Of a stretch of 64,000 nt of DNA, positions 1-13,112 are shown in pieces. The stretch comes from Eledone cirrhosa (lineage: Eukaryota): NCBI GenBank assembly GCA_964016885.1, contig OZ024745.1:22506001-22570000 (forward strand), read 5' to 3'. The number at the start of each line of letters is the position of its first letter. Position 1 is the first letter of the stretch. Under the pieces are notes generated by a model. That model saw only the letters and a program-made list of their open reading frames with translations, was not told where the DNA came from and did no database searches. The position numbers and the translations under genes were made by a program.

Positions 1-78
1 GGCGAGAGTGAATTAGAGAGAGAGAGTGAAAATATAGAGAGAGAAAGAGGGAGAATGCGTGTGTGTGTGTGTGTGTGT

Positions 79-187
<109 letters not shown>

Positions 188-423
188 GTTTGATTGTGTG
201 TGTGCGGTTGTGTGTGTGTGGCTTAGTTAAGCGAAGTTTGAGATTGAGGTTCAGCTAATTAGATTGAAGCTACGGGGAGAAGGAGGTCAGCTCGAGTTGA
301 GTGGAAGGTGAAAGGTGAAGCTCGAAGCAAATCAATAAACGAATGTATTGGCTTTGCCGGCTGCCGGAAGTTACAGAAAGATCCGCCATGATGGTGCAAA
401 GAGAAAGAAAAAAGAGAAGGAAG

Positions 424-460
<37 letters not shown>

Positions 461-529
461 AGAGAGAGAGATATGTATATATATAGATATATAGATATAT
501 ATATATACCTATATATATATATGAGAGAG

Positions 530-597
<68 letters not shown>

Positions 598-599
598 AT

Positions 600-688
<89 letters not shown>

Positions 689-960
689 AATATATATATA
701 TATGCATAATATATATATAATATGTATGTGTGAGTTTGTGTGTTTATATATATGTGCGTGTATATATATAGATATATATACATATATAGATATATATACA
801 TATATAGATATATATACATATATATGTGTGTGTGGAGAGAGAGAAGGAGAGAGACGGAAAGAGAAGGTATAAAGAATAGAACCAAAAGAGAGGGAATAAT
901 GTGAAGGTTAACCAAAGTTGATTGAAGATTTGTGCAGCCAAGAGAGTAGAACACGTAATT

Positions 961-2030
961 ATATAGGTATATATACACACAGAGGCACACACAGACCCAC
1001 ACGTATATATACACACAGAGGCACACACAGAGGCACACACATATATATACACACAGAGGCACACACAGACCCACACACAGAGGCACACACAGACCCACAC
1101 ACATATATATACACACAGAGGCACACACAGACCCACACGTATATATACACACAGAGGCACACACAGACGCACACACACATATATATATATACACACAGAG
1201 GCACACACAGAGGGACACACAGAGGCACGCATAGACGCACACACACATATATATATATACACACAGAGGCACACACAGAGGGACACGCAGAGGCACGCAT
1301 AGACGCACACACATATATATACACACAGAGGCACACACAGACGCACACACACATATATATATATACACACAGAGGCACACACAGAGGGACACGCAGAGGC
1401 ACGCATAGACGCACACACATATATATACACACAGAGGCACACACAGACCCACACGTATATATAAACACAGAGGCACACACAGACGCACACACACATATAT
1501 ATATATATATATATACACACAGAGGCCCACACAGACGCACAGGTATATATACACACAGAGGCACACACAGACGCACAGGTATATATACACACAGAGGCAC
1601 ACACAGACGCACAGGTATATATACACACAGAGGCACACACAGACGCACAGATATATATATATACACATAGAGGCACACACAGACGCACACATATATATAC
1701 ATACACATAGAGGCACACACAGACGCACACATATATGCACGCACAGAGGCGCACACAGACGCACACATATATACACTCACAGAGGCACACACAGACGCAC
1801 ACATATATACACTCACAGAGGCACACACAGACGCACACATATATACACGCACAGAGGCACACACAGACGCACACATATATGCACTCACAGAGGCGCACAC
1901 AGACGCATACATATATACACTCACAGAGGCACACACATATACACGCACAGAGGCACACACAGACGCACACACATATATATACGCAGAGAGGCACACACAT
2001 ACGCACACATATATACACGCATTCAAACTC
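961..2030. repeat. Compound minisatellite of 14-nt subunits (ACACACAGAGGC/ACACACAGACGC) alternating with (AT)n, following (GT)n and (TA)n tracts
   Basis: Directly visible repeated units of about 32-60 nt; source of the long low-complexity ORFs. Confidence 0.9.
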
Positions 2031-2542
2031 ACACAAAGGCATACACTTGTATATATATATACACACATGCATAGAAAATCACACTTTCGCACTCATACAC
2101 ACGAACACACAGAAGGTCAGACATACACACACACTGAGTCAGACACTTGCACATATACACGTTTGCACACACACATACACACGTACACACGCCCAAACTC
2201 ATACAGGTAAACACACAAACACATACACACACAGATACACAAATACACGAACAAACACATACATAACTCTACACGTAATTCGCACAGAGATTAACAATAA
2301 AAGGAAGAAAATCCGCAACACATCTACAACGCATACACTACATGCGTATACATGCGTAGTAGATGTATGCATATATTACATGAATGTATTACATGTGTAG
2401 TAGATGTACATATACAAAGGTAGTGCAGAATGACATATGTGACACAAATACAAAAGAAACATGCTAAAAAAAACTTACTGCCAGATACATTATAAATACA
2501 TATAACCGGATACTCATATATGTATGTGTGTATATATATATG

Positions 2543-3151
2543 AGTCAGGTCACCAGTTGGTGCTACTGGTAACATGTATCCGAGTACAACCTGTCTCATG
2601 GTCGGGTCGTTGGCGACTAAACTGGCAACCCCACCAAGGTTTCTTGGTGAGGAGGGTGACTTTGGACATCCTGCAGGACTGAAAACAAAACCTGTCAAAG
2701 GGCAAAGGAGCTCTTAAGAGTCAATGGCCATCCAAAATCACGAGGAGAGATGACCCCTTAGCCTTTGTCAAAGCAGAATTCTAGGAGAAGGAAAACTCTG
2801 ATATAACACCTGCAACCCTGATGGTATCCAATGATGTTGACTTGTCCTTCTTTTTGGTAAATATCATCTTGGTTAAGAGAGTGGGACTGGCTTTGTGCAG
2901 TGCCTTTGCTCACTATAAAAGCTTCACGGCACAGGCATTGCTTTGTATCTGGAGATCTCTCTGCACTTGTCGTCACATGGTACCATAGGCCTAGCACTAT
3001 GTGTCAATAATTGTCACAAGTGTAGTGTTTGTACCAGAGTTTTCAAGTCGCTGGCTGGACTAAAAAGTCACACTCGTTCAGCGCATCGGTAGGGGTTCTC
3101 CTACATGGATATAAAGTAGTGACCCTACTCGAAAACGAGTTGGCAGCCACC
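2543..3151 (+). mobile_element. Internally deleted RTE-clade LINE derivative (5' UTR joined to the 3' end)
   Basis: 3015-3092 translates [25 protein letters not shown], a C2H2 finger like RTE ORF C-termini; the 5' part has an RTE-UTR-like motif GGAGAAGGAAAACTCTGA and several hairpins; flanked by (TA)n. Confidence 0.55.
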
Positions 3152-3170
3152 ATATATATATATATATATA

Positions 3171-3227
3171 TTATCTGACGAGGACGTATTGAAAAAGAGC
3201 ACAGTACCTTCGAAATATATATAATAA
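3171..3227 (+). ncRNA. Minimal type-I hammerhead ribozyme motif
   Basis: ttat-CTGACGA-GGAcGTATTG...CAGTACcTTC-GAAA-TATAT-ATA-ataa; stems I and II pair; AUA cleavage triplet. Confidence 0.65.
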
Positions 3228-3271
3228 AACATATTTTGATTATGTGCATGTCTTCATTTATTAATATCCTG

Positions 3272-3359
<88 letters not shown>

Positions 3360-3360
3360 G

Positions 3361-3412
<52 letters not shown>

Positions 3413-3417
<5 letters not shown>

Positions 3418-3777
3418 AGGAATTCCAACTTTGTCTGATTTACTCGTTTTATTTAAAATCCTTTAAAATTTATAATGGTATTAGAATGAAATAGTATGGT
3501 AGAATATTAAATGTTAAATGTTAATTGAACAAGTACTTTCATGCTTTCGCAATCTTCAGGTTCATATTCTGTGGTGACAGTCAAGTTTGCAATTTTCAAC
3601 TGTTGAAAATTGCAAACTTGATGTGAGAAAAACCAGATGTGAGAAAAACCACAGACCCTCCATCTCAACTCTACTTTTGAAAAGCAGAAGAACTGCGAAA
3701 CCGGTAAAGGAACCAAATAATTATATATTTTTTTAAAAAATAAGACTCCAGTTGCATTTTCGGTTTTATCTTTTTTT

Positions 3778-3855
<78 letters not shown>

Positions 3856-3870
3856 GTATATATATATATA

Positions 3871-3945
<75 letters not shown>

Positions 3946-4768
3946 AAAAAAAGATAAAACCGAAAATGCAACTGGAGTCTTATTTTTTAAAAAAATATAT
4001 AATTATTTGGTTCCTTTACCGGTTTCGCAGTTCTTCTGCTTTTCAAAAGTAGAGTTGAGATGGAGGGTCTGTGGTTTTTCTCACATCTGGTTGGTCTCTT
4101 AATGTCACTTGTTTTATATGGAAAAAGTGGCTCGAAATGCCACGTTTTTCGAGAAGTAATTTGATTGGTTGGTCAATAATTATAATAAATTTCGCGCCAG
4201 TTCGCGTTACAAAGTTCTTCAAACAAGGGGGGGGGGTCACAGGTTGTTTTTTTCATATATGAGTGTTTGAATTTCTTTTTACTTGAAAAAAGGGGCTCAC
4301 GAAGGCTTTTTTTTAATAAGCGTAATTTGATTAATAAAAGAAAGCCTTCGTGAGCCCCTTTTTTCAAGTAAAAAGAAATTCAAACACTCATATATGAAAA
4401 AAGCAACCTGTGACACCCCCCCCCCTTGTTTGAAGAACTTTGTAACGCAAACTGGCGCGAAATTTATTATAATTATTGACGAACCAATCAAATTACTTCT
4501 CGAAAAACCTGGCATTTCGAGCCACTTTTTCCATATAAAACAAGTGACATTCAGAGACCAACCAGATGTGAGAAAAACCACAGACCCTCCATCTCAACTC
4601 TACTTTTGAAGAGCAGAAGAACTGTGAAACCGGTAAAGGAACCAAATAAATATATATATATTTTTTTTAAATAAAACTCCAGTTGCATTTTCGATTTCAT
4701 CTTTTTTTATTTATACTTTCACTCGTGTAGGACACCTCAGTTATTTTTCATTTTGTAAAAAACCTCAC

Positions 4769-4772
<4 letters not shown>
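3413..4772. mobile_element. Cluster of non-coding Penelope-like fold-back elements in (TA)n
   Basis: 3631-3780 is the reverse complement of 3943-4092 around a (TA)n tract; 3943-4330 is inverted at 4335-4710; hammerhead-like cores at 3677-3706(+), about 4016-4046(-) and 4606-4635(+). Confidence 0.6.
3526..3564 (-). ncRNA. Minimal type-I hammerhead ribozyme motif
   Basis: Reverse strand tgaac-CTGAAGA-T-TGC-GAAA-GCA-T-GAAAG-TA-CTT-gttca; palindromic stem III; related copy at about 31510-31548. Confidence 0.65.
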
Positions 4773-4823
<51 letters not shown>

Positions 4824-4863
4824 CAGTTACTGGACATTTGGAAACTATGCTTCGTAGAACCGG

Positions 4864-4958
4864 GACGTATCTGAGGATCTTGCGATTTCAGAGTCAGGTT
4901 CTATCATTGCATCGATTGTGCCTCGAGCTGGTCGCCAGAGAAACGATTGTAATATGTC
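4864..4958 (+). ncRNA. Type-I hammerhead ribozyme motif with extended stem II
   Basis: gacgtat-CTGAGGA-TCTtGCGAT...GTCGCcAGA-GAAAC-GATT-GTA-atatgtc; 7-bp stem I; AATAAA just downstream. Confidence 0.65.
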
Positions 4959-5274
4959 TAATAAATTTTCTTCGTCGCAACACTGATTCTCCAATTCTTA
5001 TGTTATATATATATATATATATATATACATAGGCATATATATATATATATTATATATATATATTGCATATATATATATGCATATATATATGGATATATAT
5101 ATATGGATATAATATATATACACACACGCATATATATATATACATATATATATATATATGTATATATATATATGCATATATATATATATGTGTGTGTATG
5201 TGTATGTGTGTGTGTTTGTGTTCTCGTGTGTGTATATGTACGTATGTAGATATAAATGTGTGTACATACATATG

Positions 5275-5310
<36 letters not shown>

Positions 5311-5655
5311 ATCATTTGTACAAATATACGTAAATAAACACGTATACAGAGTGAAATACCATATGTTTAACAAAAGTATATTTAGTCCCGCTGTGAAAAT
5401 AGGCTGCGTGAATGAAGGTGTAGAACGCAGGCGAGTCTTCTAATCTTTCTTTCTCTCGCCCGCCATTCAAATGGAATGTGAAGAACAATTCGTCTAGTTT
5501 CCCTTCGTTACTGCTGGGTCGTTAGGATTTCTACTGTACAAGAAGGCAGTATACAGCTACTTTATGTAAAATTCATTTATAAATAAATAAATATTCAACG
5601 AAGTTTTGAAACTAATCTTACCTCACCTGTTTCTACAAGTATGTATATACGTATT

Positions 5656-5715
<60 letters not shown>

Positions 5716-5718
<3 letters not shown>

Positions 5719-6716
5719 ATAATAATAAATTTGAAGACTAAAATCCAAAGAGGGCTCGATAAGGATAAATATATATCAAATATATAAGAACTGTAGAGCA
5801 AATATTTATTAAAATAACAGATTAAAATTTAAGCAAAGAATCGCTGCTTTCACCCTTAACGGGATCTTCTGAAACTAACAAAGTCAATCTACAAACACAG
5901 AAGTGGCTATTTCAAAAAACGTTGCAACCGGAGGAAGACAGGAAGACGATACTTTGGTTCGTGGAAACGTTCCCTGGCAAAGAACGGGAAAAAACGAATA
6001 TAATACGTCATTAATAGGAGCGGTGAAAAACAATTACACGCAAAGACAGAACCACGTTTATGGTATAAAAGACGTCGTAGACTAATGTTCTCTTAGGTGG
6101 TTCATAGAGACGTTCTCTGGCAATGAACGGAAAAAACGAAGATAATACGTCATATGTGGAGCGTGGAGAACAATGGCACGCAAAGACAAAACCACGTAAA
6201 TGGTATAGCTGAAGTCGTAGACTAAATTCTAACTAGGAAACCGAATGAATCTCCGCTTCAGAGTTAAGAATAAAGTAAATAAATACAATAGAGAGGTAAT
6301 AGAAATTAAATAAATGCATACACGCATGCAAATAAGTACATACACAATCATACGCAAAACACTTGCCATAGGTATACAAAACCACGCACATATAAATATG
6401 TGTGTGTGTGTGTGTGTGTGTGTATACAAATAAATAAATAATTAAATAAACGTATATAAATAAATAAATACGTATATAACAAGCGCACACACATACCTAC
6501 ATGTAAATACACAAATGTTCGGAGACGTAAGTCAACCAAAACATGAAGTACACATATACACACACCCTACATACGTACAAACCTGCATATTCACGCAGAC
6601 GCAATGTTTTTTGAAATATCCACTTCTGCGTTTACAGATTGACTTTGTTAGTTTCAGAAGATCCCGTTAAAGGTGAAAGCAGCGATTCTTTGCTTAAACT
6701 TTAATCTGTTATTTTA

Positions 6717-6720
<4 letters not shown>
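5716..6720. mobile_element. Non-coding element between (TA)n tracts with ~120-bp inverted arms and an internal ~140-bp tandem duplication
   Basis: 5806-5925 is inverted at 6601-6720; the arm recurs at 49573-49690; the start motif recurs at 23605-23700, 33580-33625 and about 30480-30520(-); arm carries a variant core CAGAAGA..GAAAG. Confidence 0.55.
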
Positions 6721-6800
<80 letters not shown>

Positions 6801-6969
6801 GGAGAGAGAGAGAAAAAGAGAGAGAGAGAGGGGATGGAGAGAGAGCGCGAGAGAGAGCGCAAGAGAGAAGGTGTGTGTGTGTACTTGTATGTATTTATAT
6901 ATGTATGTATCCATATACTTATACACGTGTCTATGTGTCTGGGTATGTGTATGTGTATGAATGCATATG

Positions 6970-7077
<108 letters not shown>

Positions 7078-7170
7078 CTTGACCACTGTATCACGTGGTA
7101 ATCTCTCCCTCCGCCTCTGAGACTTTTCACTTGCTTTAAACGCGTCAGGAAACAGTCCATTTTCTGAGGG

Positions 7171-7263
7171 GTCACTTGATATGCCGTATCAACCTCACAG
7201 CGATGTTGCTCTTTCAAAGCGCAGTAATCAGTGCACACGGATCGGCGAAATTGCAGTCGTGAC
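7171..7263 (+). ncRNA. Degenerate hammerhead motif
   Basis: gtcac-TTGATA-TGCCG...CGGC-GAAA-TTGCA-GTC-gtgac; stems intact, first core segment mutated. Confidence 0.45.
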
Positions 7264-7318
7264 TTTGAAGAAAAAATAGGTATATTTTTGTCTATTATTT
7301 CCTCATATTTTGTAATTT

Positions 7319-7351
<33 letters not shown>

Positions 7352-7824
7352 CCTCTTTCTCTCTCCCTCTTCTCTCTCCTTTACCTCTTGCTTTCTTTCA
7401 CCCGCGCTGCTGGTCACACACTCTCGGCTGGCCTCCTCCTCACACTTTCACTCACTCACTCTCTGCTAGTCCCCCTCTCTCAATTCCTCCCGTCTGGCCT
7501 TTGTGAAATTCTTTCCTCTCTCACGTTTCACGTGGCTCGGACGTGTCTGCCTCTTCACGACATTTGATTTGTCGGACTTAAGAACACAAGTTTCATTGAC
7601 TTGTCTCTCTTTCCCCCTCTTTACGTTGCATTACTACCATGTTGTTTGTTTACTTTCCTCTGTCCCGATAATTAATTTAGTTATCGCTCGCACTGATTTT
7701 AGCTATCTAGTCTTTAATGCGAAGAAATAGCAATGATAATCAGCAGACTACTGATGATGGACATTCATGTTTCTCGGTCTATTTTCATTCATATGTTCAT
7801 ATTCGCAACAACGCAGCACGCCAT

Positions 7825-7856
<32 letters not shown>

Positions 7857-7859
<3 letters not shown>

Positions 7860-8720
7860 AATGGAATAGAATGAAACAAAATTTCATTTCTTACTCTTAT
7901 TACGGCACTTACTTAAATGTAAGTATGTATGTATATATACGTACATACATATATGTATACAGACGTACAGTAGTATATATATATATATATACATACATGC
8001 ACACATATATATATGCACGTATCGGTTTACCGAACATTTATTATAATGCTCGGTTTGTTTGTTTGTAAACAAACAAACAGCCCGAATTGTGCCGTAAAGT
8101 GTTTCGGCAACCACGTCACCTTTTTGTTCAACACTGATGCATGTATGTATATATATACATACTACTGTACGTCTGTTAATAAATGTTCGGTAAACCGATA
8201 CGTGCATATATATATATGTGTGCATGTATGTATATATATACATACTACTGTACGTCTGTATACATATATGTATTACGTATACATAAATACATACTTACAT
8301 TTAAGTAACTACCGTACTAAGAGTGAGAAATGAAATTTCGTTTCATTCTATTCCATTTATCGTTTTCATTGCGGCCGGCCGACTGAACTCACTCGATATG
8401 CAAATTAGGCTGCTCAGCCTTTATTATGCATAAGGAAAGTATATACTTTCAGACGTTCAACCATCTGGCAGGAAGGTATACGATGCTGACGATAGCTAAT
8501 AAGCTTGAAACTAGTACATCGTTCCTGTGTCAGTGTTGAACAAAAAGTGACGTGGTTGCCTAAACACTGTACGGCGTAATTCGGGCTGTTTGTTTGTTTA
8601 CAAACAAACAAACCGAGCATTATATTAAATGTTTGGTAAACCGATACGTGCATATATATATGTGTGCATGTATGTATGTATATACATACTACTGTACGTC
8701 TGTATACATATATCTATGTA
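7857..8720. mobile_element. Fold-back non-coding element family at (TA)n
   Basis: 7857-8043 is inverted at 8177-8360; 7945-8135 is inverted again at 8531-8720; the end motif recurs at 32298-32400. Confidence 0.6.
8469..8527 (+). ncRNA. Minimal type-I hammerhead ribozyme motif
   Basis: caggaa..cgatg-CTGACGA-T-AGCT-AATA-AGCT-T-GAAAC-TA-GTA-catcg-ttcctg; bulged stem I, stem II and palindromic stem III; GUA triplet. Confidence 0.8.
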
Positions 8721-8763
8721 CGTATATATATACCTATATACCTATATATATATACATATATAT

Positions 8764-8797
<34 letters not shown>

Positions 8798-9003
8798 CAG
8801 CATGGATTCAGTTTGAAACTAGTTATACCATTACTCAACATAGTTGTCGGCATCTGTCCTTGTGAACTATGTGGTTTCTTTTCCTCTCTCTCTGGAACTG
8901 GAACTGTTGCAACTAATGGTGTTGTAGGAACTGTAGCAACAAAGATCTGGTCTTCTTGCTGCCTGTGTTGTCGCTTATTTTATTATCAGTTTTATCATTT
9001 ATT

Positions 9004-9190
9004 GGCGGTGGATTGGCAGTATCGGTAGAGGGTCGGACACCATGCTTTGACGCATAGAGTTACGCCCCTTGCCATTCTGAATTCAAATCCCGTCGAGGTT
9101 AACTTTGCTTTTCATCCTTACGGGGTCGATAAAATATAGTACCGGTAATACACTGGGTAATTGCTGGCCTTGTGCTAAAAGTAGAAACAA
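9004..9190 (+). mobile_element. tRNA-derived SINE family A (Nin/Deu-like central domain)
   Basis: A-box-like TGGCAGTATCGGT, B-box-like TTCAAATCC, CCTTTCATCCTTACGGGGTCGATAAA-type core; at least 8 closely similar copies in the window. Confidence 0.85.
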
Positions 9191-10245
9191 TTTTTATTCA
9201 TTTACTTATTTGCTTTTCCATCTCCTCTGAGCAGAATATCGTGAAATGGATGATGTTGCTTTACATTTAATAACTGAGATTTCTGCCTTCAATACCGAGT
9301 CTTTTTACTTTTGTTGCTGAACCCACAATGTGATACATCTTCAAAATTATCTTCAGGGTTAAATAAGGACTGTATTTCCATGCCGACCTAATCTGACTAT
9401 ATGTCATTTTGTTTCATCTCAACGTTCACAATTTGCTTATATAATACTGCATAGATAACAAACCAAAAGTTAACCATATCACCATAAACCTTGTGTTCTG
9501 TTGACCCATGTATTAAAGAACCAGTTTATAGACAAATATGTGAGGCTCCCATTCTGTTTGTTTTCTTGCCTCATCCTGAAATTTAAAGTTCCATTACACA
9601 ATTCTATATGCCCCGTCACATACAATAGAGAAAAACAAACGCGGCTCCATACACCACATGAGTTCCTACGGGGTTAAGTTACGTTCTGCTTTGCGCATTA
9701 TTGTGCAAATACGTGAAACAAGAAGGAACTTTCTTATTCGCCTTTCTTTTTGTCCGAAAGCTGAGTAATATATCATAATTCTCTTTGGCCAGCGACGCTA
9801 GGAAAATGATGTTGCTGTTAATACTTCTGTCTGAGTCGTGTAAATTAATGTCTTCACTTGTAAAAATTGCTATCTTGTGCTAGTTTTTATTAAACTTTTT
9901 TTTTATTTGTGAAAAATATGTCTGTACTTGTTTAATTAAATTTCTTTTCGATTTTTTTGTCTTTTTTGTCCTGTTTTTCCCGGTGTTAATAGGTTCAAAG
10001 TTAGTTTTCTTGGAGGCATGTCTCGCTGCTTTAAAACAGGAAACTACATTGAAATTACATTAAGCACGAAATGATAAATATATAATATAAAATATTGGTT
10101 ACATCAGGTATGACGGAGATATGTGTATCTACATATAGGCAGTGTATATCTAGGTACTTACCTCTCTTTGAGACACACAAACACACACACATGCACATAT
10201 ATAAACACAGAAAAATACAGACACATACACACACACATATATATA

Positions 10246-10362
<117 letters not shown>

Positions 10363-10424
10363 ATTAATTTTATATATATATATATACATATATAATTGTG
10401 TGTATATATAAATATATGTATAAT

Positions 10425-10470
<46 letters not shown>

Positions 10471-10500
10471 ATTGTGTGTATATATAAATATATATATAAT

Positions 10501-10618
<118 letters not shown>

Positions 10619-10693
10619 AATATATATATATATAATTATATATAAATATATATATAATTATATATAATTGTGTATATATATATATAGACACAC

Positions 10694-10855
<162 letters not shown>

Positions 10856-11316
10856 GATTGGTATATGTGTATATTAAAATGTATACGCTTTCAAACAATT
10901 AGAAAAGGAAAGATAACAAGAAGCCCACACACGAGAAACGAACAATACGTGTCGTGCCCGCCATGTGATAATTAACAATTAATTTACACATAGAAACACA
11001 CGCATGTGGATGTGTGTCTGTAGGTGTGTTTATATATGTATATGCATGTATGTGTGTATGTATATATGTATATATGTATATAGGTATATATGTATGTATG
11101 TGTATATATGTATGCATGCATGTATTCATGTTTGTATGAATGCATGTATGTATGTATGAATGTATATATGTATGTAAGTATGTATGCATATGTGTATATA
11201 TTTATATAGGTACATATGTATGTATGTGTATATATGTATGCATGCATGTATGCTTGTTTATTTGAATGAATGCATATATGTATGTATATATGTAAGTATG
11301 TATGTATGTATGTATG

Positions 11317-11382
<66 letters not shown>

Positions 11383-12277
11383 TGGATGGATGGATGTATA
11401 TATGTATGTAAGTATGTATATATGCATGTATGAATGTATGTATGTATATATGAATGAATGTTTGCATGAACGTATGTATGCATCTATGAATCTATGTTTC
11501 TATATATATATATATGTATGTATCAAGGTATGTGTATATGTATGTATGTATGAATGTATGTATGTATGAATGTATGTATATATGTACATGTATATATGAA
11601 TGTGTGTATATATGAATGTATATATGTTCATGTATATATATATATATACATGTATATATGTACATGTACATATGAATGTATGTATATATGAATGTATGTA
11701 TATATGTTCATGTATATATATATATACATGTATATATATACATGTACATATGAATGTATGTATATATGTTCATATATATATATATATATATATACATGTA
11801 TATATGTACATGTATATATAATATATACATGTATATATGTACACGTATACGCCTTTCAACGCAGTTTAACGTTTTCTATTTAGTGAACAACAATAAACAG
11901 GTCGGTGACAACGATGACGACGAGAGAGACTAGAGCTTAATAACACGAGACTGAGTTTAATGACGTAAAGTTCGGATAATTGGTTGACACGTCGCTTGCT
12001 GCTCAGAACGAGGCCTTTCAACAGAAGACAGAGCAATAAACAAAAAATAAACAAAAAAATTTATTAAAAAAAAAAGCGGAAAAAAATGTCAGACAAACAA
12101 ACAAACCAAACTGGACGAAGGCATTATCAGCCAATGAAAATCGGATATTGCTTTCGCCTCATTGGTTTAATGTATGTGTGTTTGTATTTGTGATGGAGAT
12201 TGTTTCAGCGGTAGGAGGAGGAGGAGCGGAGAAGGAGAGGGAGGCGGATGGTGATGATGATGAGGAGGAGGCGGGGT

Positions 12278-12392
12278 AGAAGAAGAAGAAGAAGAAGAAG
12301 AAGAAGAAGAAGAAGAAGAAGAAGAAGAAGAAGAAGAAGAAGAAGAAGAAGAAGAAGAAGAAGAAGAAGAAGAAGAAGAAGAAGAAGAAGAG
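12278..12392. repeat. (GAA)n microsatellite
   Basis: Directly visible. Confidence 0.95.
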
Positions 12393-12950
12393 GATAAAGA
12401 AGGAAAAGAAATTGAGTAAAAAGTGTTTTTTTTTAAATCCACGGAAAACAAGAAAAGAGCATGAACGTCCGTATTTTAATTATTGGAGAAAATGATTGTG
12501 ATGAAGGGGATCTCTTGGATTTGGGGAAAATAGAATAATTGGAATAGCTAGAGAGAGAGAGTGAGAGAGAGAGATGGAGAGAGAGAGAGAGAGAGAGAGG
12601 GGGAGAGAGAGATGGGGAGAGGAAAATATATATAAAATAAAATAAAATAAAAAATAATAAATAAAAAATATAAAAAAGGAAATTAAAAAAGGGGAAAGAG
12701 ATTAAATGGAGACTACATTAAAATAAAGAAATAAAGAGGAAAAGAAAGAACAAAGAAAGTAAAGTAAAAAGAAAGAAAGAATAAGAAAAAAAGAATGTGT
12801 AAGGAAGGAAATAAAAGGCAGAAAAATGTTGAAAAAGGAAAAATACAGGAAAGAAGGAAGGAAAAGTAGAGAGAGCTAGATGAGAGAAGAAAAAAGATGG
12901 TTTAAAAGGAAAGAAAAATACAAGGGAGAGAGTGAGGGAGAGAGAGAGTG

Positions 12951-13019
<69 letters not shown>

Positions 13020-13112
13020 GAGAGAGCAGGAGGAAATGAAAAAGAAAAAGAAAGAAGGAACTAGGAGGAGGAAAGAAAATGAATGATAGAAAACGAGAAA
13101 CAGTAAAATTAA

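Noticed and set aside
340-395. CCAAT, ETS-like CCGGAAGT and CCGCCAT motifs as a promoter (also paired CCAAT boxes at about 12130-12165)
   Set aside because: Short motifs with no associated exon or gene evidence
2585-2630. HDV-like ribozyme (ACC/GGT P3, GTCG/CGAC P4, CTAA)
   Set aside because: No room for the P1 3' strand and P2 is not adjacent to P3
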